Shown here: piece after piece, positions 13,687 to 27,415 of the stretch
Layout of the letters: every line of letters starts with the position of its first letter
Position numbering within the stretch: position 1 is the first letter of the stretch
Source: Octopus bimaculoides
Lineage: Eukaryota
NCBI RefSeq assembly: GCF_001194135.2
Contig: NC_068999.1
Span: 17,150,957 to 17,195,470, forward strand
Length of the DNA stretch: 44,514 nt
Reading direction: 5' to 3'
Notes under the pieces: model-generated
Databases searched by the model: none
The model's input: the letters and a program-made list of their open reading frames with translations, nothing else
What the model was told of the DNA's origin: nothing
Program-made: the position numbers and the translations under genes

Positions 13687-14037
13687 NNNNNNNNNNNNNN
13701 NNNNNNNNNNNNNNNNNNNNNNNNNNNNNNNNNNNNNNNNNNNNNNNNNNNNNNNNNNNNNNNNNNNNNNNNNNNNNNNNNNNNNNNNNNNNNNNNNNNN
13801 NNNNNNNNNNNNNNNNNNNNNNNNNNNNNNNNNNNNNNNNNNNNNNNNNNNNNNNNNNNNNNNNNNNNNNNNNNNNNNNNNNNNNNNNNNNNNNNNNNNN
13901 NNNNNNNNNNNNNNNNNNNNNNNNNNNNNNNNNNNNNNNNNNNNNNNNNNNNNNNNNNNNNNNNNNNNNNNNNNNNNNNNNNNNNNNNNNNNNNNNNNNN
14001 NNNNNNNNNNNNNNNNNNNNNNNNNNNNNNNNNNNNN

Positions 14038-14074
<37 letters not shown>

Positions 14075-14404
14075 CATGTACGTATAAGTCTAAAAAATCC
14101 TATGGCTACTGGAGACAATTGCCGAGCTGAGGATAACAAGGGAGTCAGAAAAACGATTGTCCTTTAATTTCCAGGCAAAGCTTGATGCTATTCGTTTGAG
14201 GAAATCTTTAATCTTCAGATTATCTCTCATTCTCCAGTGAACTTTGACTTAATTGCCATTTGATAATTATGATGTATTCTCTAGAAGCGGAAATATCTTT
14301 AATACATCAAGAATGGGACAGCATTATCAGGAGCAGCCTTCAATTATGTTGCACCCGAAGCGAATTTTAACTCAATAATCTACAGAATAATATTGATTTC
14401 TAAT

Positions 14405-14528
14405 TTTCGTACACGGCCAGCATTTTCGTGGGTGGGGTTAGTCGATTAGATCGACCCTGTGCTCAACTGGTACATACTTTCTTCACTCTGAAAGGATGAA
14501 AGGTAATGTCGACTTCGGTGGAATCCTT
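14405..14528 (-). mobile_element. SINE fragment (Meta/Sauria-type core)
   Basis: Reverse complement contains GTCGACATTACCTTTCATCCTTTCAGAG...GTACCAGTTGAGCACAGGGTCGAT, similar to the copies at 29761 and 33819. Confidence 0.7.
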
Positions 14529-15333
14529 CATTCTAATATTCGTAGCTTTTTCTATTACAAGATTTTACTTTTAATGAATAAGTTATTAAATTACTCTCAA
14601 AATTTCTTTATTCTCATAATTTAAATAATAACATTTAAATATTTATGAAAGTAACNNNNNNNNNNNNTGTGTGTGTGTGTGTGTGTGTGTATGTGTGTGT
14701 TTGCGCGTGCATACGTACTTACACTTAAATAAATGCACGTATATTTCACATATGCATATAAATATATATATGTACTTCAGTCTTCATATATATGTACACA
14801 CATACGTCTCTATGTGTGTGTGTATGTGTATATGCATATCTTTGCGTACCCCTCCCTACACATATATGCGCATGTTTATCAATTACCTGGGTAATATTAT
14901 TACAAAGAATAAGCAAATAGAAAGAATAAAAACAATTGAGCAAGACATAGATAAATGATGAAAAGACTGAGAAGGAAAGTAGATAACATTACATAAATAT
15001 AACAACAAAAAGTATGTATACCTCAAAATATAGGTGTAGCAATCATTTTCTTGACTTAACACTTTAGATATATAACCGGAAATCCTATAGTGTTTTCATT
15101 TAACACTACTTGTATATTTGCTTATTAAAATTTCACAGCAAAATTCCCCCTCCCATCAAGAATAAATATAGAAAAGTGTCCCACACTCGGTATTCTATAA
15201 AAATAAAAGTTGTGTTCATTGTCGCACGTCTTATACTATCTTATAATTAGTTCTCACCTAAGTTGATGCGTTTTTCTTTGTTTGCAGTATTTTATCAGGC
15301 ACACACACGCATAAACACACTCACACAAATACC

Positions 15334-15386
<53 letters not shown>

Positions 15387-17263
15387 TATGTATGTGTGTA
15401 TATTGAACATTCGTATCTATATTTCCTTTTGACGAACAATATTAACACTATTAAATTATGTTGGAATAGCAAAAGCTAAGAAAAATAAAATCTAGAAGAA
15501 ACCGATATTAAAGAAAATGAAATATTAATATTCTTCATATCAATATACCGAGAGATTTTTGCATTAGAAATGAGGCAAATTAATTAATATCTTGTTTTCA
15601 GTGGATGCCGATTCTTCTATTATTAATTTTCATCTAATTTAAATAATTGATTTATTTATCATTAAATTTTCTTATTTGATTATTCGTCATTTAAGTTCGT
15701 TTTTATACATTCATTCATGTTTTGTCTTCCAGCCATCCATCACTGCGCATCACGGTTTGTGTCTTTCCGTGTTGCTTTCTTTAACATGCTAATCTTTTTA
15801 TTATCGCTTCGCTTCTCTTTCTGTCTACTGATACATTTTTTTAAATTAATATCTTCACTTCTTTATTCTTTCCCAATCTTCATGCAAACAATAAATGGAT
15901 ATGAATGATCATATAATTTATCATCTATATTCACATGTCTTTCATCTCTTTCTCAAATCCTTCTGTCACTTTCACATACAAGCGCTCTCACACACTCTTG
16001 CTCACTCAGTGAAACATTGAATGCAGTCTGGAGCCTTAGCAAAATAACAAATGAAAAATCATTATATATCTGAGGAGCAACCATGTTGGATCTGACAAAT
16101 ATTCATATTGAAGAATAGTTTACGTGAAGTAAGATTGACTCAAAACTTCCCGCAAACAATTACTGCTATTTAATTATATATGTAGAAAATAGGAGTAAAA
16201 AAATATTACAGAACAGATAGATATATAAAGGAATCGAAACATTACAAGTTAATATGAAAGCTCTCGTTCGAGAAAATACGCACGCGAGAAAATTGATTAG
16301 GTAACGCACACTTAGTGAAAGAGTAAATTATATTTGAATATATAATATTAGCTTTCAGCAACAGTTAAAATGAACACGTTTCCTGTTACTGCGCATAATT
16401 TAAAGAGAAGACATAATTAAATTAGAAAATGATAAACCCGCGGGAAAATGCTTCATTAATCTAGCCACGTTACAGTCGTTAAAGTGCGGGACAAATTGAC
16501 TTGAGGTGTTTAATTACAGAGGCTCCTTAAGTTTCAGAGTTAAATCCCAGCGAGATCGTGTTTGCTCTTCATTCTCTGTAGGATCAATAAACGACGTGAC
16601 ATTCGAAGACTACGATCGATAGAATTGGCTGCACAACTTCCCTAAAAACAAAATTAAGAAGGCATATCTTCAGTTCTTAGATAAATTTGATTACCGAAAG
16701 GTCAAGTAGTTGAGTGTTTATTCGCTCGGTTGCATGAATACATAGAAAATGATTATAATTTATCTATATTCCTAGAATTGTTTAGAACAGTGTTTCGTCA
16801 AATTCTTGACCCAAACTTAATTTGTTGATAATTTCAATGGATTGTGAAGCAATTTGGAAAATTTTATTTCGATTCAAAATGTAAAAATTATTCGAGCATA
16901 TTAATTGCTAGCTGTGATCAATTTTTCTTTGAATATTAAGATATACTAAAAACACCGAAAATACATTTTGCTTTTGTTTTTACCCTCCCAAATGAACTTA
17001 TTTTTTTTTATTAAAACACCACCAAATAATAAGGTAACGATGGTACGTCTTCCTTTAGCTATAACATTTGTTTGCGCTTCGGATTTTTCAAATAAATTCA
17101 AACAACTTACCGCTTGCACCTGGAAAATAAACGAAAATACTACTTTGAAAAATAAAATCTGAATTTTCTAAACTTCTACAATATCATTTTCTTCATAAGA
17201 TTACATAAATATGCATATTGAAACGTAGCGGTTAGTAAAGAGTTGGAGAACATGAAAGAAATA

Positions 17264-17510
17264 TTGGGTTAGTGCATAATTATTGCGGCTTTTTTTCAAC
17301 AAATTTAATTCAACAAAAAACAATAACAATATTTAACAAAATCATCTTTAAATGACGGTCTGACCGTCTGCCAAGTAAATGGGAAGCAGTAATTGAAGAA
17401 GATGGTGAATATGCTCCGGAATAATCATTTAAACTATTTTTAATACATGTTGTTATTGTTTTTGCTGAATAAAATTTGAAAAAAGCCGCAATAATTATGC
17501 ACCGACCCAA
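17264..17510 (+). mobile_element. Internally deleted mariner element (247 bp) keeping both TIRs and the transposase C-terminus
   Basis: TIRs TTGGGTTAGTGCATAATTATTGCGGCTTTTTT match at 30/32, with TA on both sides (17262-63, 17511-12). The TIR resembles Hsmar1/Himar-type TIRs. 17365-17424 encodes RLPSKWEAVIEEDGEYAPE*, a typical mariner C-terminus. Confidence 0.9.
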
Positions 17511-18092
17511 TATAAAGCAATAGCGGCTCTGCAACTGCTTGGTTAGAGAGTGAAATTAACTAGGTTCTGAAGATTACCATTTCCTAATTAATCACTATTA
17601 ACATATCTTGAATAACGAGTGCCAAAACTATTCTACATTTATGAATTAAAGAAATAATTCCTTTACCCTAAAGCTATCAATAGATATTTTCATAACAAAA
17701 ATGAGTATGTAAATTAATTTACAGAACAACTATTTTGATCAAATTAGTAGATTATTTTCAGTTTTAGATTCAGACACGAAGCCATATAATTTATTTTCTA
17801 TGTGTGATAGATTTCCTGCAAATATCGGGGCAATCATACATCGTTTCCATGTCTAAAAGTAATCCACATTATATTTATTTTCGTATTGAAAAACTTAAAA
17901 TATCGATAAATGCCAACGTAAATAAATATAGTCGCTCAAATTTTTCACGATATTTTGATATATTTCTTGATTGTCACACCATTTTAATCTACATTGGCGT
18001 TCGATACAAAGGGGTTAACCATACAAACATACGCATAACACACACACACACACATACTTATCTATATACCTGCATATACACCCGTTCGTACC

Positions 18093-18134
<42 letters not shown>

Positions 18135-18842
18135 AATAAATAAAAAATACACATACATATATATATGTAGATATATATATGTATAGAAAAAAAATACATA
18201 TATATATGTATGTATGTTTTTCTTTTCTTTATTCCTTTCCTTCTGGCCTCTATGTCATTGTTTCGTTAATCAATACCCTTCACATTTTCCCTATTATTCT
18301 CCGATGACGGAATTTCCCATACTTTGGGATATCCCAGAAACCGCTGTAAGACATTAAATTTTTCCAATGATAATAACGTATATGACTTGAGATGTTTATC
18401 TTACCTTAACGTTTTTGGTTCTCTTTAACAATCGTATATCCGCTATATCGGAAATCTACAACAGTTCTATAAGTTAAGTCTCGGCTATGACGTTGAAGCC
18501 CTAGTAATCCGTTACAACACTTATCTAGCGTACAAAGTAGTTTAGATCAGCTGTGAACTAAATCCTATAAGAGGTTAGCTGAGTTATAGGTTAAAATAAC
18601 CGTGTATGGGATAAAAGTATCTATTATACTACCGGTATATATATTAACCGTGTTTAATTATGGACATATATATGCAAGCATATTATGCTCATAAATTATA
18701 GGTAAAGACAAGCATAAATCAAAATTTAAGGAAAACAGAAAATGTTTTCTTCCAGCATGACCGCAGCCACTTGGCTGAAACACATAAATAAATAAATAAA
18801 TAAATATACTTACATATAAGAGACCAAAGTGTACGTACGCCG

Positions 18843-18880
<38 letters not shown>

Positions 18881-19602
18881 TTATAAATATACAGGGATTA
18901 GCAATTGAGTTGCTTCTCCAACATACTGAAAATTTAGAAATAGCAGTCAAAGAACTACTGATTCCAAACTACAAATTTTTCTCTAAAGTGGATGGCGATA
19001 TTTATGGCACACATAGAACAAAAAANNNNNNNNNNNNNNNNNNNNNNNNNNNNNNNNNNNNNNNNNNNNNNNNNNNNNNNNNNNNNNNNNNNNNNNNNNN
19101 NNNNNNNNNNNNNNNNNNNNNNNNNNNNNNNNNNNNNNNNNNNNNNNNNNNNNNNNNNNNNNNNNNNNNNNNNNNNNNNNNNNNNNNNNNNNNNNNNNNN
19201 NNNNNNNNNNNNNNNNNNNNNNNNNNNNNNNNNNNNNNNNNNNNNNNNNNNNNNNNNNNNNNNNNNNNNNNNNNNNNNNNNNNNNNNNNNNNNNNNNNNN
19301 NNNNNNNNNNNNNNNNNNNNNNNNNNNNNNNNNNNNNNNNNNNNNNNNNNNNNNNNNNNNNNNNNNNNNNNNNNNNNNNNNNNNNNNNNNNNNNNNNNNN
19401 NNNNNNNNNNNNNNNNNNNNNNNNNNNNNNNNNNNNNNNNNNNNNNNNNNNNNNNNNNNNNNNNNNNNNNNNNNNNNNNNNNNNNNNNCCGATAAAGGTT
19501 TTTTTCATACTGAACTACTTGGCAAAATTGTTAATTATTAATTCTATTATTAATTGACGATTCTCTGCCCTTATTCTTGTATATATATATATATATATAT
19601 AT

Positions 19603-19945
19603 TCTCTTTTACTTGTTTCAGTTATTTGACTGCCGCCATGCTGTAGCACCACCTTTAGTCGAGCAAATCAACCCCAGGACTTATTCCTTGTAAGCCCAGT
19701 ACTTATTCTATCTGTTTCTTATGCTGAACCGCTAAGTTACGAGGACGTAAACACACCAGCATCGGTTGTCAAGCGATGTTGAGGGGACAAACACAGACCC
19801 ACAAACATATACACACACATACAAAGCTAATCACAAAGCTTTGGTCGGCCCGAGGCTATAGTAGAAGACACATGCCCAAGGTGCCACGCAGTGGGACTAA
19901 ACCCGGAACCATGTGTTTCGTAAGCACGCTACTTACCACACAGCC
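19603..19945 (-). mobile_element. tRNA-derived SINE, family A (octopus-type), near full length
   Basis: Minus strand starts with a tRNA-like head GGCTGTGTGGTAAGTAGC...GGTTCCGGGTTTAGTCCC, contains an internal (TG)n and ends next to (TA)n. Homologous to 42012-42412 and 35415-35640 in this window. Confidence 0.85.
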
Positions 19946-20654
19946 ATGAATATATGAATATATAAATTCAATACCTTTTAACTTGTTAAAAGTCATATGT
20001 CTGGCCACTCTGGAGTAGCCTTCAAATGATTAATTAGTTTATGGCTGATATTTACTTCTAGCCCACAAAAGAGTATCTTATACATATTTGATATATTGTA
20101 TATAAACTCTAAACTCTACATATTTAGAATCGTTTGTATATTAAGATTAAAACTATCTGAACGTTCAGTATAGATAAATACAGTAACAAAAACATCATAA
20201 TATCTAATGAAAGCACTTAAATAAATTGAATTTAGGTTTGCACGATTTAAGTTGACTTGGATAAAACAACAACAGCAAGAATTGCTTCTTCACCACATAC
20301 TAGTTTCGAACAGCATATATTTTAGGTGATCCAGCTGGAAACAAGTTATAGGGAAACAAATGGATCGTTACCTTGTTGTGCTTCTACGAGCAATCAATTA
20401 TGTTTCCATTAACAGCTGAAAATTGTCTGACTTTACTTCTAACAATGTGCCTGGGACTGCTTTGGAGGTGTCTCCTTGTGGAATAGATTTTCAAGTCTCA
20501 AAATTGCACACTTAAAATATTACACTAATGCCTATAGTTCAAAGATTAACAAACACATTATCTAATGTTGGTGATTACATCCATTTTAATATTCTTATCT
20601 ATTTTATTACTAGAATCTCACTTCATTTTATTATAATAGTACCAATATCTTTTC

Positions 20655-20855
20655 TTTCTACCATAGGCGCAAAACTTAAAACCTTGGGAGAGGTGGATAG
20701 CTAATTACATGGACTCATCTGCTCACACATCACTCCTTTTTGTCGACCCCCAAAAATGACAGGCAACATCACCCTCAACGAGTTTCACTTCTGAACGTAA
20801 AGCCGAAACAAGTGCCACTAAGCACTATGCTCAGCCTGCTAACGATTCTGTCATC
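20655..20855 (-). mobile_element. Degenerate Meta-core SINE
   Basis: Reverse complement shows GAATCGTTAGCA...GCTTAG...GTTGCCTGTCAT...GGGGTCGAC, similar to 29556-29988 and 33819-34052. Confidence 0.6.
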
Positions 20856-23800
20856 TCAACACCCTCATTACTACTCATAGTATCATTACATTTGTCATAT
20901 TTCCCTGCATCTATGCTTTTATCACTTATCTTATTATTATGTAATTGTAAGATAATATTTATTTTATCATCCTCATTTATTTTTCCTTTGGTTCTGAGTA
21001 TATAACATACTGTGCATATCTTACGCTTATATCACTTTCGTAACACTGCGCCTAGATTTGCTGGTCTATGGCTCTCGTGATTTAGCGTGTAGAAAAGTTG
21101 TACAATAAATCCTATTGTAAGCGTAGTCGAAAGGGGTACGGATCAGAAAATGTTCAATCATTTGTTTTTTGTACACTGCATGCGAAAGAATTTCCCAATA
21201 TATTCCAAGATCTTTGATTGAAATATGGAATACATCATAACCAGTAAGATATCAGAGAATAACGATGACAAGCTATATTTCTAATATTACGAAAGATAAA
21301 TCTAAATAATATTGAAGAAGCTGATATATCATATAGATACGTCTCCTGGTAATATATTTATATCGATATACATATATGTATGCATGTACGTATATATATA
21401 TATATATAAGCATTCGTACATTTGTTTGTATCGACCTTTTAAAATTTATGTTGGTGAATCGATTCCAAGCTCATAACTCAGAATGAATGATGAGAATGTC
21501 TTGAAGACAACGTTGCATGATGATTAATTAAATCAACCTCTTCATGCTTGTATACCTACATCTCCCTATATTTTGTGCATATACATACATACATACATAC
21601 ATACATTGATACATATACATGCAAATATCAATCTGAAATATATATTTATTAAGACACATTCATATATATGTATATATACATGTGTTTGTATGCATATGTA
21701 TAAATGAATATATATTTGCTACAACAGTAGACCCTCATAGACGATATGCATAAATGTCAAACTGACTGGTTTTTACTTAGGTGAGATTCATTCCCATGTA
21801 TTGATATTTTAGAATCATTGCCACTGGACACCATAAGATTGAACTCGGGAAAATAGATGCGAAATTACTTTGAAGCCATAGCATCACATTCGACATCCAT
21901 GAGAAGAAAGGTGTTTTATGATTTAATATTTGTCGATAGAAAACTGAGAAACACTAGGACAAAGCACATTGGTGAATTTAAAATAATTACTCAATCTGCA
22001 AATCTCACATTAATTATCAGCAAATAAATTCTCCTACGCTAATTCTTTTTAAGTGCAAAACTCATTCCAGCCTCTTCTGACGGAACAAAGTTACAGAAGA
22101 ACTGTCTTGTGCACAACGTCGACTTCACGTCTTGTATTTGTAACTTATTTCATCTCATTTGCTTTTATTCCTGCTTTCGCTTGTCTGGGAGCCATGACTC
22201 AGAAATGAATTTAAAAAGTACGTCATCTATTTAAATTTAACATTTAAAAGAGAAATAACACGAAGCATTAATTCCAGGTTGATAATTCACGACCTTTATT
22301 CATATAATCCTTTTAATATGTTTTCTCAAATCCAAAGCAAGTCATGGCGCCGAGAGTAGATTATTTTTAATGAGATCTCAACTCACACACGCAAACATAG
22401 TCATTATTACACACATAGCAGTCAGTCATGCACGCATACACACGTGGATACACGCACAAACGCACACACGCATATTAAACAATAAATATTTTGGTCTAAA
22501 GTGATAAAGACATTATGTGACAGTATAATAATATAATAACATATTTTATATTCAAGGCAATTAAAACAGACCGATGTAAAATTAAAAACAAACACAAATA
22601 ACAGTCTATATCTTGATAATGCTATGTTTTTGTATTACATTTTGCTATGAAACGTCGTGAAGCAACTTGATCAGTAACCTGCGAGATAGAGAGTATGACA
22701 CGCACTGTATTACTGTCTCTGTTCTTTCATTTACAGCGGTAAAATATGTTGGCCAAAACATTGCAACGAAAGTCTATTATTCGCTAGCGACATTAAGTCT
22801 AATGTAGGAAAAATATTTAAATTTGTTATCAAATGTAAAATGACGAAGACCTCCATTAGCATTGCTGGAAACAATAGTTAATCAATCTAATTTCATGATT
22901 GAACTTGTGCGGGTTTCTTTTCATTTCGTTAGTATTCATCTTGGTTGAAGCTAGGTTTTATTAGAAGCCTAACATTCTATGTCATTAACTTTCTCTCTCT
23001 TTCTCTGTATATTTCTTTCTCTCACACTATACATATGGATATTTTCATATTAACCTTACGTTCAATGTTGACATATATACTTAAATATGCAAGTATATAA
23101 ATAATTATCAATACACATACATATGCACACAACCCCTTCCCCACACAGCTCAAACACGCACACACAATCGTTCGCACACACAATCGCGCGCACACATAAT
23201 TTATGAGCGTTTGTAAAATGTTATGTTCATAATGAACAAAAATATAATGTATAATATTAAAAATAATGATTGATAGTGCAATTCTTTGATTGAAGCTTAT
23301 GTTTTGAAGAAGACTGCTGCAAAAACTAAACACGCATATACAAACCTAATTAGTTGTGCGTTTAGTACCGTACACAAACACGCATGCGTACTCAAACACA
23401 TACACACTGATATGTATATGTGGGTATTTACGGGAGAGTGTGTGTACGTATGTATGCGCAATGGCATTGCCAAACTCCCGTGGAACTAGATAATTACAAT
23501 CCATTACGAGAATTTGTCGTCCATTATTGATAAACGAAATCTCTAAAAGGAAATGTATGTTGAAAAAAATGCTAGAACAGTTATTGTAAAGAAAAAAAAA
23601 TGTATATGTACAATTACAAATGAGACCAGAATAATCGATTGCATTCTAGTGATTCATAAGGTTGGCAATAATGTTACGATTACCTCTATCATATCATGGC
23701 TTGATTGCACAATCACTGAACATTCCATTAAATGCATTTACATACATCTACAGTTCTACATACATTAATACACCCACATATACACATAAAATATGCATGC

Positions 23801-23918
23801 ATCATAATCATACATAAATGTATAAATGTCAACGTATTACGTGTGTCTATGTATATATGTGTGTATGTGTGTGTGTGCTCGTCTGTATTTATTTGCGTGG
23901 GTACCTATACACATATGC

Positions 23919-23919
<1 letters not shown>

Positions 23920-23978
<59 letters not shown>
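23920..23978. repeat. (TG)n microsatellite
   Basis: Seen directly. Confidence 0.98.
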
Positions 23979-23983
<5 letters not shown>

Positions 23984-24233
23984 CATAAATAAAGTCATAT
24001 TCAGGCACATATGTATGAGTGCGTGCACATGTATGTGTACGAGGATCATGTCAAGGTCAAGTGGATAACACTGATACACATTTGTTATACTCTAGATTCA
24101 ATTACACTGAGTGAATCTTTTAAGAAATAACCACCCACTTCTCTCAATAGACTTGAAAATTAACTAAATGGACAACCTTGGTCACATTGCATTTAAGATA
24201 TAAAGTACAATCACAATAGTAGTAATAGAAATA

Positions 24234-24597
24234 GTGGAGGCGCTATGGCCCAGTGGTTAGGGTAGCGGACTCGCTGTCGTAGGATCACTGTTTCGATTCC
24301 TAGACCGGGCGTTGTGAATGTTTATTGAGCGAAAATACCTATAGTTCCACGCGGCTCCGGTAGAGGGTCGTGGCGAACCCTGGTTTATTATTTCACCACA
24401 ACTTCCTCTCACTCTTTCTTTCTGTTTCTGTTGTACCTGTATTTCAAACGGCCAACTGAATCTCACCGAGAACTACGGTAATGATACGCGTGTCTATAGA
24501 GTGCTTAACCACTTACACGTTAACTTCATGAGCTGGCCGTTCCGTTGATCAAATCAATTGGAACCCTTGTCGTCGTAACCGTCGGAGTGCCACGATG
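24234..24597 (+). mobile_element. Full-length tRNA-derived SINE, family B, with 9-bp TSD
   Basis: Pol III A box TGGCCCAGTGG (24246-24256) and B-box-like GTTTCGATTCC. ATAGAAATA is duplicated at 24225-24233 and 24598-24606. The 3' part is homologous to the minus copy at 40325-40589. Confidence 0.85.
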
Positions 24598-25692
24598 ATA
24601 GAAATAATAATACGTATGCTAGTGCTAGTAGGCATAAGTAATAAACGAGGAAACGTGATAGAGATGATGATGAGGAGGAGGAAGGAAGCGGAGCAGCGTT
24701 TTATTTCTGTGATATGAAAGAAGAATGTTTCATTGAAATTGTGGTAGTGTTGCTGTTTAATGATAATTAAGAGAATGAGGATGAGGATGATTTTTAAACG
24801 ATGGCTTCCATAACAACATAGATAGATTCGATTATAAAAATGTTCATATGTGTAAGGGTCAAAGAAACTGAATGGAAATTTTAAATGTTTTCTGATTTAG
24901 GAAACGAATACTTTTCTTTTTTCGATGATATAAGTACTTAAAGAAAATAACTTGTCGTAAAATCACATTATATTACTGACCTACTGTTCGCACGGATAAT
25001 TGTGCATTTTTAAAAATAATCTAGAGTTTTCAAACCGTCTTTTAACATTATTTCTCTATTTCCTGCTGTATTTAAAGTTACACGTCTTTCTTGTATAACA
25101 TCATGATAGCAGCCATTAATCAGTCATTGTTAGAAATTTTCAGATTATTTTCTCGTTACGTTTCTCCCTTAATTTTATGCTTGTTCACTCCGTTGGGTGT
25201 ATTAACGTCATTATTTACCAACTGTTTACATTTCGACTTTCTTTTCATTGAACATATAGTTATCTTATTTTATTTTTATATAACATCCCTGTCACTTTGT
25301 GTTTGCTTTTTATTTGTGTATCAAGAGCCCTCTCATTTTCTCCTATATTTTCCCGAGCTTTGCGCATTTTAAACTAATTTATAAAACTTAAACAGCAAGA
25401 GGAAAAAGGTTTTTCTTTTTTTTGTAAGATATTTTTATACACTGAAAAGCACACAGAAGTAATGAAGCTGCAAAATTTAAGCGGTAAAACAAAATAAATA
25501 AAATAATATTTATCAAAGATGAAAACAAGTATAAAATAAAATTCTCTGGTTTAGAAAGAAGGCTAGCACATTTGAATGAAGGGACACCAACGACACATTA
25601 GATGAGTAGTATTTTGTTTTATTGAGGTNNNNNNNNNNGAGTTAACCTTTAAAAAAAGCATAAAACCAGACATTTATGTTTTTTTTTTTAAT

Positions 25693-25870
25693 TTTGGCAC
25701 AAGGCCAGCGATTGAAAGGGCAAGTGGGGGTCGAAAACATTACCTTCATGCTCATCGGATATATTTTCTCAACCACCAAGATGCAAAATGCACAATGTCG
25801 GTGACCTCAGCGGCATTTCGATTCATATAAGCATATGTGGTCGTGTCTGTAGCGATTCTAACAGCATACT
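25693..25870 (-). mobile_element. Highly degenerate Meta-core SINE
   Basis: Starts TTTTGGCACAAGGCCAGC, like the tail of the other minus copies; only patchy similarity further in. Confidence 0.4.
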
Positions 25871-27343
25871 GCCCTTGAAATGAATATAACTTAACATTGT
25901 AATCAAGAAAGAAAGAAAACAACTGCAGTTACGACGAAAAGGAATGCAAACTGGAAAAAAACAAACAAAAAAAAAAATCTGTATGATCACAGATTATAGA
26001 AAAACCAAAGAACAAAAATAAAACGAAAACCGTATAATATCACAGATATTGCAACAAATGCTACAAATAAACTCTGACATATCAAAGATAAGCGCTTTCT
26101 TCTAGCTCTTACCACTAAACTACAAAGTCATATTTTGTGCACCCAGTTGTACAGTCGAATCAACCAGTCTCTGTAATCTTTCATACAACTTAGTGGAAAT
26201 CAACACATTCTGCTATACCTATGTTACTCTTAATGCAATTTTTGGAACAGTTGATGTGCTTCTTGACCTGAGAGCAAACGTTCTGTCACCAAACAGCGTA
26301 TCTGAATCCACCAAACAATTTCGCCATAGCCGCTAGATCACTGAATAGACGCCGTATCCGGTCGATCGAGTTAGACTCGACTCTTAGCCGGATCCCGCGT
26401 TTGATAAAACACTCTTTTTATATACAAGCTGAAATTAACAATGAGCGGACAATAACTGAGTGCGTGCCGGAAGTTCCATCACACTGTGCATCATGTATAG
26501 AAGTGCTTGCTGTCGAACAAGAATATTCATTTCAAGTTTATTCGTTCATTATTCATTTTTAAACAGCTCTCTTTGTTTATCTCTAGAAGAATCGCACGTA
26601 GGGAGCGATAACCACTTCAAACGAATGAACATAGATGTGAATAGAATGGTTGGTAGATAGACAGATAGCGATATAGATACAGTGAGAGAGAGAGAGGGAG
26701 AGAGAAAGAAAATGAAAGAGAGAGACCAAGACAGACAGAAAGACAAACAGACAGAGAGATAGGTAGATAGATAGATAAATAAATTATTAGATAGTTAACG
26801 AGAGAGAAAGATTCGATAGTGCTTGTGTTACTGAAGTATTATAGTGTTTATATATCTTTTTGGAAGCTGAAGTTTCTTAAATCATTTCTGTTTTGTTCAT
26901 TTTCTAAATATACATAGAAACACAGGCAGGCATACACTCATACACACACACAAACGCGTGGAGACACACACATTTGAAGAGAAAGACAGGGAGAAAGACA
27001 CAGAGATAAAGATGGGTATAGAGATCGAAGAATAGATAAATATGTGCCAACATGTATAATAAGTGTGCTTCTTTGGATTGTCACGTTCCTGAATTTGCAC
27101 AGTCATTTGAACTTACATTATAGAGACACTAACAATAAAAAAGGAGGCAGACTGGGAAATCGGTTAGATTATTCCTCGCGTCTCGAAGGAGAGGTTGATA
27201 ATACAAGAGCTGCACGATTCTAAATTCTATAAATAGTTTGGTTTATATGAACTTATAACTGTGTTTGTAATGCCTTTGCTGCAAATGCGACTTATAATGA
27301 AGTAGTATTACATCCGTTTAGTATACATAGTTATATATATATA

Positions 27344-27345
<2 letters not shown>

Positions 27346-27410
<65 letters not shown>
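27346..27410. repeat. (TG)n microsatellite
   Basis: Seen directly. Confidence 0.98.

Positions 27411-27415
<5 letters not shown>

Noticed and set aside
20370-20415. 44-nt minus-strand exon-like unit with good splice sites
   Set aside because: Stops in all three frames and no supporting neighbours.
22715-22800. Strong polypyrimidine acceptor (CTTTCATTTACAG)
   Set aside because: No matching donor or recognisable peptide; such sites are common by chance at this base composition.
24234-24310. tRNA gene
   Set aside because: It is a SINE head; the sequence continues into the SINE body and no full cloverleaf is evident.
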